A DNA stretch of 64,000 bases, from positions 46,106 to 110,105 of the forward strand of contig JAFNAV010000003.1 of NCBI GenBank assembly GCA_017860345.1, written 5' to 3'. A program made the translations under genes and the position numbers. Each line of letters starts with the position of its first letter. The stretch's first letter is position 1. Shown one piece after another: positions 10,242-19,713 of this stretch. Below the pieces are notes generated by a model. It did no database searches. It saw only the letters and a program-made list of their open reading frames with translations, and was not told where the DNA came from. The DNA is from Bacteroidota bacterium. Its GTDB lineage: Bacteria; Bacteroidota; Bacteroidia; Bacteroidales; Paludibacteraceae.

Positions 10242-11122
10242 TACAGCATTATTTTAAGATATAATAAAGCGTATTTTACAAGTAATTTTCCCTGTAAGGT
10301 GAATGGCCTGATTTTTTGTATTGCATGTTGAGCATCAGCCAGATATTTTTTGCTCATTAACCCTTGGCATTGCCACAGAATCGTGGAGTTTACATATTTC
10401 AGGAGCCATTTCTTGTGATTGGTTTTATAATAATACCATTCAGAATAAGGAAATATTTTTTGAAAATTGAAATTGCTTTTCATGATATTGTTTTCGCTTT
10501 CTTCAATCCGTATTCCACATATCTGATACGAAAAGGCTACATCATAACGAAGTCCGATTCTTAACCAAAGGTCAATATCTTCTCCAACTTGAATGTTCTC
10601 TCTGAATAAGCCAACCTGATTAAGCGCCTCTTTTTTGACGCAGGTTGTCGATGTCCAGCAGAATATATTCCGATTTAAAATAGCCTTACAATAATTATCA
10701 ATCAAAACCCTGTCGGCATTCAGTTTGTTGAGTTTTAACACCCGGCAACGTTCAGAATCTGCGCTGAGCTGAATTTTAAATGCTGTGGAAAACATGCCGG
10801 CCGTACCATGCTGCTTTATTAAATCATATAGTGTTTCTAAATACGAAGGCATCCATAAGTCATCGGCATCCAGAAAAGCAATATAATCGTATCGGGCTTT
10901 TTTTATTCCGTAGTTTCTGGCCGCTGATACACCTCCGTTTTCTTTTGTAAATACATGTATTCTATTGTCCGTGATGCTGTTAGCTGCTTCCAAACTTTTG
11001 TCGGTAGAGCCATCATCGATTATAATGATTTCAAATTGCTGAAAGGTTTGATTCAATACAGAGTCAATAGTTTTTTTTATAAAATTGGCTTTGTTGTATA
11101 AAGGGATTATTATTGAAAACAT
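10241..11122 (-). CDS. Glycosyltransferase family 2
   Basis: Motifs FSIIIPLYNK, IDDGSTD, NGGVSAARN, FLDADD and GEDIDLW. Confidence 0.93.
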   Translation of the reverse strand: MFSIIIPLYNKANFIKKTIDSVLNQTFQQFEIIIIDDGSTDKSLEAANSITDNRIHVFTKENGGVSAARNYGIKKARYDYIAFLDADDLWMPSYLETLYDLIKQHGTAGMFSTAFKIQLSADSERCRVLKLNKLNADRVLIDNYCKAILNRNIFCWTSTTCVKKEALNQVGLFRENIQVGEDIDLWLRIGLRYDVAFSYQICGIRIEESENNIMKSNFNFQKIFPYSEWYYYKTNHKKWLLKYVNSTILWQCQGLMSKKYLADAQHAIQKIRPFTLQGKLLVKYALLYLKIML

Positions 11123-12189
11123 AGGTTGTCTTTTAAAAAATCAACTGATTTTTGTTTTAAAATCTCTAAGTTTTTATTTACAGATTCGTAATCTATTGTG
11201 GTAATTGATTCAGGAATTTGATATAGCAAACGTTCCTGAATATTTAAATCTTTCAGCAGGGAATCTACGCGTACATCTCGGCCTGTACCGGATGCAATAG
11301 AGTAAAATTGTTTATTAAAAATCAACGAGAAGGCTGTTCCGTGAAATGAGGTGGTAATTATATAATCGGCCTTTAAAAACAACCCAACAAACTTGCCTAC
11401 AGAAACATGGTTCTTCTCTGAATTTATATCGTAAATTACAAGATTGTTTTTTCTCGCTATCTCATTGGCGAGTTTATGTGTTAGTGGATTTTGACCTACC
11501 TGATAAATTAAAATATAATTCTCAATAGCCGGTTCTTCTATAATTTTGGACCAGACCTTGGGGTTCGCAAGTAGTGTGGGGTCTAATACATCATATATTT
11601 TTTTCTCGGTACAATCTTTTATCAAAACGCCTAACTCCTTTTCGCGAACCGATACAGCATCTAAGTTTGTCAATAGTTTTTTGTAGGTTTCCTTGTCCTG
11701 CTGCTTGAGTGGCTCGTTAGCGAAACTTGCAGCATAACTTATTTTTTTTCCGTTCGATGCACTAAAATCTCCAAAGTAAATCGGGTCAATTTTTCCACCT
11801 AACATTTTAGGATTCCAGATTTGATCACTTCCATGGATGTACAAATCGTAATCTGTGGGTATCTGCTCCCTGTTTTTTGCGACATTGGGCGATAATGTTA
11901 AGTGCGTTTTTAAGAATAATTCATAGTCCTTTTTAGCCAGCTTTCTTTTTTCTATCATCAACAATTCCTGAATCAGTTTGCGGATGATAGTTATCGGGTT
12001 CTTGCTTTTAATTCGGTTCAACCGAAAGAGCTTATACGATTTTTCTATAAAAGCTGGTCGGTAATCAATAATCTCAACAGTAAATCCATTTCCAACCAAA
12101 TGCTCTTGTAGGGCATAAGTCTGTAAAACAGCTCCATAATTGTGTGCACTATGAAAAGTAAGTATGCCTATTTTCTTTTTTCGACTCAT
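11110..12189 (-). CDS. Polysaccharide pyruvyltransferase family protein
   Basis: Motifs TFHSAHNYGAVLQTYAL, GSDQIWNP, SYAASF, SVRE, DPTLL and TTSFHGTAFS. Confidence 0.9.
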   Translation of the reverse strand: MSRKKKIGILTFHSAHNYGAVLQTYALQEHLVGNGFTVEIIDYRPAFIEKSYKLFRLNRIKSKNPITIIRKLIQELLMIEKRKLAKKDYELFLKTHLTLSPNVAKNREQIPTDYDLYIHGSDQIWNPKMLGGKIDPIYFGDFSASNGKKISYAASFANEPLKQQDKETYKKLLTNLDAVSVREKELGVLIKDCTEKKIYDVLDPTLLANPKVWSKIIEEPAIENYILIYQVGQNPLTHKLANEIARKNNLVIYDINSEKNHVSVGKFVGLFLKADYIITTSFHGTAFSLIFNKQFYSIASGTGRDVRVDSLLKDLNIQERLLYQIPESITTIDYESVNKNLEILKQKSVDFLKDNLCFQ

Positions 12190-13385
12190 ATTTTTTCCTG
12201 CTGAATATATTCCTGTTCGTTTTCAAGTAGTTGTATCTTAACCAGAACATAAATCAGATTTAAAGCATATAGGCACAAAGCTTGTATTACAAAGTTTCCG
12301 GCTCTAAAAAATTCCGCAGTGGTAATAGATGATACTACTAAGTATAAAAACCAGATTCCCAAATAGTAATAGAGCATTGGCACTTTTAATAAAAAGGCTT
12401 TGATGCTGTACCAAAGAATTCCGCAAACGCTCAAAATCCCCAGAACCCAGCTTAAACCCCATAGTCCCCAGTCGACATAGTATATTCCCTGAGCATTGAG
12501 GCTCTCGTGATACTTGTAATAAGTTGTTTTTGAGAATGGTTGCCCTGACCCGAAAAGCATTTCCCAGGGACTTTTAAAATAATCGCGAAGATAAAAATCC
12601 ATAGTTACTACTCTTACATAGTCCTTGTTTGACAATGTTTCGGTTTGTTGTTTGTTAATCATATATTGTACTTTTTCGTTCAGTACAGGAATGTTTAGCA
12701 TTACTATGAAAAACAGGCTGCTCACAACAACCCATAGTATCGTTTTTTTATTAAATCCGTTTATTTTAAAGATCAGAATAAATGCAAACAATGAGCTAAA
12801 GAATATCATAGTACGGAAGCTCATTAGCAAAATAACGACAAGGGAGGAAAGTAAAATGAGCAAATAGATTAATTTCTTTTTAAGTATAAACTTATTAAGC
12901 CCAAAGAATAAGCCTAAAGACGACAAGCCGCTACCGGCCATTCTGAATCTGGCTTCGGTTGCGGCATCGAGCGATCCCTCGGCGCTGCTTACAAATACAA
13001 CTCCCCATTGCAAAAGAACAAACTGGAGGATATAGATTGTATTGAACATCAATGTCAGAAATATGAATGCATTTTCGATATCTGTCAACTTAGGTTTGAG
13101 GTATATCAATCCAAAGTAAAATAAGATAAAAAAATAGTTGGGTAGGGCTTTGAATGAATCAAGATAATCCTGTTCGCGAAATACTTTGCAGGAGATAATG
13201 CTAATTAACAGTCCCACTATAAATACAGCTATAGGCTTAATGAAAATAGAGTTTCTGTTTTCAATATAACCAAGAATACCCATTACTAATACAAGTATCA
13301 ATAATGGCGTGTTCGGAAGCTTTGTAATTCCAAACACATTAGTAAGTAATAGTGTACCAAATATAATTAAAAGATCTTTTTTCAT
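12186..13385 (-). CDS. wzy: Probable polysaccharide polymerase (Wzy-like polytopic membrane protein)
   Basis: About 10-11 hydrophobic segments with a larger late loop (DYVRVV...MLFGSG...YVDWG); typical position among the GTs and flippase. Confidence 0.7.
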   Translation of the reverse strand: MKKDLLIIFGTLLLTNVFGITKLPNTPLLILVLVMGILGYIENRNSIFIKPIAVFIVGLLISIISCKVFREQDYLDSFKALPNYFFILFYFGLIYLKPKLTDIENAFIFLTLMFNTIYILQFVLLQWGVVFVSSAEGSLDAATEARFRMAGSGLSSLGLFFGLNKFILKKKLIYLLILLSSLVVILLMSFRTMIFFSSLFAFILIFKINGFNKKTILWVVVSSLFFIVMLNIPVLNEKVQYMINKQQTETLSNKDYVRVVTMDFYLRDYFKSPWEMLFGSGQPFSKTTYYKYHESLNAQGIYYVDWGLWGLSWVLGILSVCGILWYSIKAFLLKVPMLYYYLGIWFLYLVVSSITTAEFFRAGNFVIQALCLYALNLIYVLVKIQLLENEQEYIQQEKI

Positions 13386-13449
13386 TGTTTAAAAAATATC
13401 GATATAGTGCTTAGGTTTTTTCTTTGCTGAGGCTGTTACGTTCGTTAAG

Positions 13450-14472
13450 TTATTCAATAATAAGCTTATTTGTTTTGTCTGCTTCATATCTGAGCGAGGC
13501 AGCTACTTTAAAGTTTTCCGGTGGTATGCCGCACGAAATCATGGCAATGAATACTTCCGAGTCTTTTATGCGGCACAATTCTCTTAATTTCAAATCTTTC
13601 TCAATTGTATTACTACAGTTAAGAATACATGCCGCAATTGCGTTGTAATGCAACCCATAGAGCAGATTCATGGCGTACATTCCTCCATCAATAAATGCTT
13701 CGTTCCGTTCACCTGTACTGGTAAAAACTCCAAGCTCTGCGGTTAATACTATCAGCTTGTTGGTTAAATGTCCAAATCCTCTGTTACCTCCTTGAATCGC
13801 TAATATCAGATTTGTTTGTTCCTTATTTTCAATAACATATGTTCTCCAGCATTGCCTGTTACAGGCTGAGGGAGTTGTGCGCGCCAGTTCCAGAGCTTGA
13901 ATAATTGTTGTGGTCGGAATATCTTTATCCGAATAATTTCTGACGCTTGACCTTGAAGCTGCAAATAACGGAAATGAAGCATTGATATGTTGAAAATAGG
14001 AGTCAATATTCATTTCTTTTTGCTGGCAATAACGGGCCTCGTCAGCTTTCTGCTTTAGATTATTGATAGCAGTTTGCACCACGGAATCGAGGGCAAAGCC
14101 CTGCTCCTGATGAAAGCGTTCGTATTCAAGTACCACTCTGATAGCATGCTTTAGTTGTTCATCAGTTTCTCCATATTGCTGGATATAGTCAATACAGTTT
14201 TGTATCAGACTAAATATTAGGTCTTTGCCGAACCCCAATCGGGTTTCAGGCATTGTCAGACCTTTTTCTACTACGTGATATTCGCGAATAATTCTACCAA
14301 TTAGCTTTTGATCTGTATCGGAGCCCAGGGTGTCAGAGTACTTAATGTATCGCTCCATATCGTACAAATAAGCCTTTTTCAGTTGCTTACGTTGTACAAT
14401 TTTTTTCTTTTCTATCCTTAGGAACTCAAAAATATGATGAGGAAGAATCTTCTTAAGCGTTTTTTTGAACAT
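13450..14472 (-). CDS. Nitroreductase-family (FMN) protein with long N-terminal extension
   Basis: Motifs SRSSVRNYS, ARTTPSACNRQCW and DGGMYAMNLLYGLH. Start chosen at MFKKTLKK (14472), overlapping the wzx stop. Confidence 0.85.
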   Translation of the reverse strand: MFKKTLKKILPHHIFEFLRIEKKKIVQRKQLKKAYLYDMERYIKYSDTLGSDTDQKLIGRIIREYHVVEKGLTMPETRLGFGKDLIFSLIQNCIDYIQQYGETDEQLKHAIRVVLEYERFHQEQGFALDSVVQTAINNLKQKADEARYCQQKEMNIDSYFQHINASFPLFAASRSSVRNYSDKDIPTTTIIQALELARTTPSACNRQCWRTYVIENKEQTNLILAIQGGNRGFGHLTNKLIVLTAELGVFTSTGERNEAFIDGGMYAMNLLYGLHYNAIAACILNCSNTIEKDLKLRELCRIKDSEVFIAMISCGIPPENFKVAASLRYEADKTNKLIIE

Positions 14473-15988
14473 ATTTTTTCTTGAAATTTTTGACTGTTTG
14501 TAAGGCAAATTGCTTTTCGTTTTTAGTAAGACCAATAAAAAAAATGGTTGAAATTGATGAGATAAATCCGGCACACAGAATAATGAAGAACCGTGAAAAA
14601 CCCATATCGAGATTCATTAAAATGGTGAGTGGAGCTATATAGGCTATAATTGTTACCAAAAATAAAGGTAATAGTACCCGGTAAGCAAAATCGGATACGG
14701 ATAAATGTATCATTTTGCTTAACATATAAAGCCGGAGAAATAAACATACAGCAGAATTGGCTATAGACAAATAAAATACCGACTGAGGGGCATGGCCTAA
14801 CCTGAGAAGCAAGTACGCAAGCGGGAGATTTAATATCATCATTCCTCCTACAACAGCTTGATATGTAACGATTTTCCCTGTGGCCTGAGCTGCTGTTTGA
14901 AGCGCATAGGATGTTGAGTCGATTAACGTTCCGATGATGATTAAACGAGTGAAAAGTACTACATATTCAGGTACATCGTTAAGCCAAACTTTAAATATAA
15001 AATGGGTTTCGAGCAATACCGGCATGCTCAGAATAAACAGTAGTATGTATGAAAATTTAGAGCTTTGGAAAACTAATTTCATCATCTGTTCTTGTTCGCC
15101 GGATGCAAATAGTTTTGTAATCTGTGGCCGCGAAGCCGTCATAAAGTTTTGTACAAACTGGTTGGTTGAGCTGTTAACCTGATAAGCTACGGCTCTTGCT
15201 GTATTTACAATTGGTCCGAAAAACATGTTTAACACAATATTGATCCCGTTGTTGTTAAAAATACCAGCCAAAGCGCCAAACAAATTCCATCCTGAGAAAC
15301 TTAGTATTTCTTTAAATAATTTTTTGTTCCAATAAAACGAAAACCGGCACTCGTTAAACTTTCGGATACAATAGCTTCTGTAAATAAAGGTAACAAGTGT
15401 AGTTACCCCAAAAATAAGAATCGCATACAGTTTTAATTTATCTATAGAAAAAGCCACCAACAGATACACAACCAATAGCTTTAGCAATACCTCTACAATG
15501 CTTACCCAGGCATACACATTCATTCGTTCATGCGCTATAATAGCGGCATTAAACGGAATTGTTATCATTGTCATCATAAATGACAGGATAGAAAACTGAT
15601 ACACCCAGTTGGCAGCTTCCATTCGCTCCGCAGGGATGGTCATTTTGTTGTTTAAAAACCACAATCCAACTGTTTCTGCCAATATCAGGATTACCAAAGC
15701 TATCATAGCATAAATGGTCATCGTCATACTGAAAGTTTTCTTGAGTTGCTCATAATTTCCTCGCCCCAGTTCGTATGAGAAAAAACGTTGCGATGCCGAT
15801 GCCATGGTATTGCTTAAAAACGAAAACATAGTAACAATACCGCCTACTACGCTATAAATACCATAATCAACCGTACCAAGCGTATTCAGCACTACCCGCA
15901 CGGTATATAGCGATACGCCCATCAACAACAGCATTCTGAAATACAGTAACAAGGTGTTTTTTGCGATTCGTTTATTGTTTGTTTCCAA
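14453..15988 (-). CDS. wzx: Polysaccharide flippase (MOP/MATE-like Wzx); TTG start
   Basis: NKRIAKNTLLLYFRM, LGTVDYGIYSVVGGIV and FSGWNLFG; about 12-14 TM helices. Confidence 0.92.
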   Translation of the reverse strand: METNNKRIAKNTLLLYFRMLLLMGVSLYTVRVVLNTLGTVDYGIYSVVGGIVTMFSFLSNTMASASQRFFSYELGRGNYEQLKKTFSMTMTIYAMIALVILILAETVGLWFLNNKMTIPAERMEAANWVYQFSILSFMMTMITIPFNAAIIAHERMNVYAWVSIVEVLLKLLVVYLLVAFSIDKLKLYAILIFGVTTLVTFIYRSYCIRKFNECRFSFYWNKKLFKEILSFSGWNLFGALAGIFNNNGINIVLNMFFGPIVNTARAVAYQVNSSTNQFVQNFMTASRPQITKLFASGEQEQMMKLVFQSSKFSYILLFILSMPVLLETHFIFKVWLNDVPEYVVLFTRLIIIGTLIDSTSYALQTAAQATGKIVTYQAVVGGMMILNLPLAYLLLRLGHAPQSVFYLSIANSAVCLFLRLYMLSKMIHLSVSDFAYRVLLPLFLVTIIAYIAPLTILMNLDMGFSRFFIILCAGFISSISTIFFIGLTKNEKQFALQTVKNFKKKYVQKNA

Positions 15989-16062
15989 AATAATCTACTG
16001 TGTTTTTCGTAGTTTTTATTTACCCAAAAAATGCTTATTGTTTGTTATCGCTAAAAGCCTTG

Positions 16063-16413
16063 TTACTGTTTTTTGTTTTTTGAAAATAGCTGAAAAATAC
16101 CCGTGGCAAGGAGTATTCCACAAAAATTGCATATGATATCAAAATAATCTACACTGCGATTGAAGCTGTAATATTGGAGCAACTCAAGTGCTATGGACAT
16201 TATAAAAAAAACTGAGCCAAGAAGAAATATACTGACATTGCACCGAAGAGAAAATATAATTAATGATGCCACAAAATAGTAGCCACCATGCATAATCAGG
16301 TCGTGATACCAACGATGAGTATTTGTCACCAAGCGCTCCGGATGCAAATCGGGCCATAAATACAGCACAACGGTTAATGTTGATATGATTATGATAGCGA
16401 TAATTTTATACAT
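16063..16413 (-). CDS. VanZ-like membrane protein
   Basis: DLIMHGGYY, LELLQYYSFNRSVDYFDIICNFCG (D..H, E..Q, R..D..D...N..G pattern). Confidence 0.75.
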   Translation of the reverse strand: MYKIIAIIIISTLTVVLYLWPDLHPERLVTNTHRWYHDLIMHGGYYFVASLIIFSLRCNVSIFLLGSVFFIMSIALELLQYYSFNRSVDYFDIICNFCGILLATGIFQLFSKNKKQ

Positions 16414-18833
16414 TAATTTAATGTGTTGACTGATGTTTTCTTAGCCGATTTGTGCACTTTGCTTTTCTTTCCTGTTGTAGTTTTATAACCATACTTGTAA
16501 CCCAGAGAGTACCTGTTGTTGTAAGCATAGCGCGACGACTCAACATCTACATCATTTATGATAATAAACATCCGGTTCAGACTTTTTTCCTGCTCAATTC
16601 TGTTTGCATTCTCAATCTGCCGCACATCCGATACTCCCGCTCTGCAAATAAACAAGCTGATGTTTGCTACTCTGTTGATTAAGAACGAATCTGAAACCAA
16701 TCCCACGGGTGCACTGTCAATAACGATGTAATCATAATCTCGCTTCAGTTCTTGGATAAGTGCATCGAAGTTCGATTTCATGATTAATTCACTTGGGTTA
16801 GGAGGCACTATCCCTGCATGCAACACATGCAGGTTGGGGAGCCCATCCGGAGAATAAAGCAGTGATTTGTAGTCGGTACTTTGACCAGAAAGATAGGCTG
16901 AAATACCATTTTCGTTCTCGATATCAAATAATTTGCGCAGTTTGGGTTTTCGGAGGTCCATTCCCATGAGCAAAACTTTTTTGTCGCTCAATGACAGCGA
17001 AATAGCCAGGTTCAGACTTACGTAGGTTTTCCCTTCGCCGGCATTGTTTGATGTGACTAAAATTACTTTATCATCAGGAGTATTCAGCACAAATTGTAGT
17101 TTGGTGCGCAACAGCCTGAATAGTTCCTGATTAACTTCAGAGCTAACCTGAAAGTCGATGATGTCTTTTGAAGTGTTGTTGTGAGCCAGCTCCGATAGTA
17201 CCGGTATTTTTGTTTTTCTTTCCACGTCTTCTCTGGTGCGCACTTTTGTATTCAGAGCTTCCGATAAGTACAATATAGCTGCCGGAACAATCAGCGCTAT
17301 CAATGTGAGCACGAGTAATAACATATAGATGCGGGGAGCTATATGTCTGGGGCTGTTAGGTATATTTAATACCCTGGCTTTGGGTGTGGTTACAGCCATG
17401 TTTAACGAGGCTTCTTCGCGTTTTTGCAACAAGAAAAGATAAAGAGATGCCTTAACCTGTTGCTGCCGAAGTATCTCCATCATTTCACGTTCCTGTTTGG
17501 GTACATTCTTAATTTTAGTTTTAAGTTGGGTGTTTTCCGACATTAAATCCTGATTAGTGATTTGCAGTCCTTTACGTCCATTGCTTATACTGGTGATAAT
17601 AGCTTTGCGCGAAGCGGCTATTTGCTGATTAATGATTTTCAGCGTTGGGTTGTTGTCGCCTGTGGCGGTGGCAATTCTTTCGCGGTTTATTACCAGGTCG
17701 TTGTAGTTGCCAATAATTTGTGTCAGCGTCTGGTCGGTAAGCCCCAGGTCAGGAATAACGCTGTACAGGTTTTTAGGGTTCTGAACAAAGTCATCTACAA
17801 ATTTTACCAGATTTTGCTGTATTTGCAAATCTATTTGTTTTTTATTATAAACATTGCTGTTCTCAAGAATAATTTTGGTGTCTTCGTCCAGATTTGTTAC
17901 ATTATTACTTTGCTTGTAGTTTTCCACCAGAGTTTCTACTCCCGATAGCTCATCAGCCAGAAACTTTAAGCGTGAGTCGATAAAAATAGCCGTATTATTG
18001 GCCGATAAGTTATTCTGTTCAGTGGCATCGGCATTATATATTTCGGCAAGCGTGTTCAAAAAATCTTTACCTTTTTCAGGATTGGTAACCTTAACCGACA
18101 GTTCTATAACATCTACCAGTTTGGCTGCTTCGGCATTCAATATCCCATTGCGATAGCTCATTGCTACAGCCTCAGGATTTGAAATCTTAACATTGATTTG
18201 TTCGGTTGGTGTTTTCGAATCGTTTTTTTGCAAGATAGAAATATAACCAAAAGGTGTATTCAATAATACAGGTAATGATTTTACTTCTTGCTCATACGTT
18301 TTTTCACCATCTGCGGTAGGGTAACTGCAATGCACCACATAGCCGCCATGGTTGATGGGCTTGATTTTAATATTCAGTGATGCTTTTAATTTATATAACG
18401 ATGCACTGTCCAGATTTACGTACAAAGGGCTTGATTTATACAAGTCGGTTGTTTTCAGAAATTTTGTTTGAGAATAATCTGTGTATAATTCTAACTTATT
18501 TACTACCCTCATAACCAGAAGGTAGGACTTTAGTACTTCTATTTCATTGTTAATCCGCGAAGATGAACTTGAGAGCAGCGAGCCTCCGTTTAATTCATTC
18601 AACAGGCTTGTTTCGCTAAGCTGCCCGCTTTTATTTTGGTCGATAATTAAAACTGAGGATCTGAGTTCGTAAATATCTTGTTGCGAACGAATGTAAAAGA
18701 ATCCCAGAATCAATGTTAATGCACCGGAAACAGCAAAGCATTTCCAGTGGAATAAGACTTTGTCAAACAAATCTCTCCAATTAATAGGTTTTCCGGGTTC
18801 TTCAAAGTTAAGATACTTGATATTTTTATCCAT
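16413..18833 (-). CDS. wzc: Polysaccharide co-polymerase / BY-kinase (Wzc/GumC)
   Basis: Two TM segments flanking a periplasmic coiled-coil region; Walker A SNNAGEGKT, DLRKP, IVIDSAP and a C-terminal Tyr cluster YAYNNRYSLGYKYGY. Confidence 0.95.
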   Translation of the reverse strand: MDKNIKYLNFEEPGKPINWRDLFDKVLFHWKCFAVSGALTLILGFFYIRSQQDIYELRSSVLIIDQNKSGQLSETSLLNELNGGSLLSSSSSRINNEIEVLKSYLLVMRVVNKLELYTDYSQTKFLKTTDLYKSSPLYVNLDSASLYKLKASLNIKIKPINHGGYVVHCSYPTADGEKTYEQEVKSLPVLLNTPFGYISILQKNDSKTPTEQINVKISNPEAVAMSYRNGILNAEAAKLVDVIELSVKVTNPEKGKDFLNTLAEIYNADATEQNNLSANNTAIFIDSRLKFLADELSGVETLVENYKQSNNVTNLDEDTKIILENSNVYNKKQIDLQIQQNLVKFVDDFVQNPKNLYSVIPDLGLTDQTLTQIIGNYNDLVINRERIATATGDNNPTLKIINQQIAASRKAIITSISNGRKGLQITNQDLMSENTQLKTKIKNVPKQEREMMEILRQQQVKASLYLFLLQKREEASLNMAVTTPKARVLNIPNSPRHIAPRIYMLLLVLTLIALIVPAAILYLSEALNTKVRTREDVERKTKIPVLSELAHNNTSKDIIDFQVSSEVNQELFRLLRTKLQFVLNTPDDKVILVTSNNAGEGKTYVSLNLAISLSLSDKKVLLMGMDLRKPKLRKLFDIENENGISAYLSGQSTDYKSLLYSPDGLPNLHVLHAGIVPPNPSELIMKSNFDALIQELKRDYDYIVIDSAPVGLVSDSFLINRVANISLFICRAGVSDVRQIENANRIEQEKSLNRMFIIINDVDVESSRYAYNNRYSLGYKYGYKTTTGKKSKVHKSAKKTSVNTLN

Positions 18834-18888
18834 AGCAAATTTGTTTCTAATGTGTGATAATTTTTTTTTAAGGGTCAGTAAATGGGGT

Positions 18889-19713
18889 TTATCTGGTAAT
18901 GGTTATTATCAATGATGATAACGAAATCAATGTGCCTATTACAGATATGGATATCGACTCTGCAGTTCCAAAAAACTTATTTCGCGATTTCGCATTATTG
19001 GGTTGCACATAGATAACATCGTTCTGTTGCAGGAAATAATAAGGAGAATTGATTAACTGGCTATCGCGTAAATCTATGCGTACGGTTTCTCTGTTACCGT
19101 TTGCATCTTCTCTTATGAGCAGTACGTTATTGCGTTGTCCGTATATTGTCAGATCGCCGGCTTGCGCTATTGCTTCGGTAATACTAATACGCTCATTGTT
19201 GACACTCAGCACCCCCGGGCGGTTAAATTCGCCCAACATAGATACTTTAAACTCAGCGTATCGGATGGTAATTATAGGCTCTTCCTTTATTAATACGGGA
19301 TAAATTTCTTTTTTGATATATTCTTTCAACGCCGTTTTTGTCATACCGGCCGCACGGATATTGCCTATAACCGGAAAGCTAATTTCTCCGTTTTTATCTA
19401 TCAAAAAGTTTTGCAAAGCCCCCATACTTGTTGCAGCTGTTGCTCCCTGATTGTATGGCTTCATAATTGTGCTGCCGGGCACTAAGGGTAAATTAAATGG
19501 CGCTGAAGCTTCGGGAGTGATTGTATTGACGGTTATAATTAACAAATCGCCTGTTTTAAGCACAGGTTCGGGTGTCGACAATTGTGCTGAGTCTTTAAAT
19601 TCAATGGGTTGCCCGCTGTTTTGAAAGTAGACTGTTTCTTTGTATGCCTTACAACTACTGAATATTGTAGTTGCACCCAAAATTAAAAAGATAAAGTAAT
19701 ACAGATTTTTCAC
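18889..19713 (-). CDS. wza: Polysaccharide export lipoprotein (Wza); GTG start
   Basis: Lipobox FSSC, GDLLIITV, IDKNGEISFPVIG, SLBB domain (ITEAIAQAGDLTIYGQR) and YYFLQQNDVIYV. Confidence 0.93.
   Translation of the reverse strand: MKNLYYFIFLILGATTIFSSCKAYKETVYFQNSGQPIEFKDSAQLSTPEPVLKTGDLLIITVNTITPEASAPFNLPLVPGSTIMKPYNQGATAATSMGALQNFLIDKNGEISFPVIGNIRAAGMTKTALKEYIKKEIYPVLIKEEPIITIRYAEFKVSMLGEFNRPGVLSVNNERISITEAIAQAGDLTIYGQRNNVLLIREDANGNRETVRIDLRDSQLINSPYYFLQQNDVIYVQPNNAKSRNKFFGTAESISISVIGTLISLSSLIITITR

Noticed and set aside
13450-14574. ORF-track upstream starts for the nitroreductase (14574), carbonic anhydrase (30709), TPR protein (44450), M16 (57237) and msrC (57339)
   Set aside because: The extensions overlap neighbouring genes or promoter elements. 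Downstream ATGs with A-rich Bacteroidetes-type initiation regions fit better.
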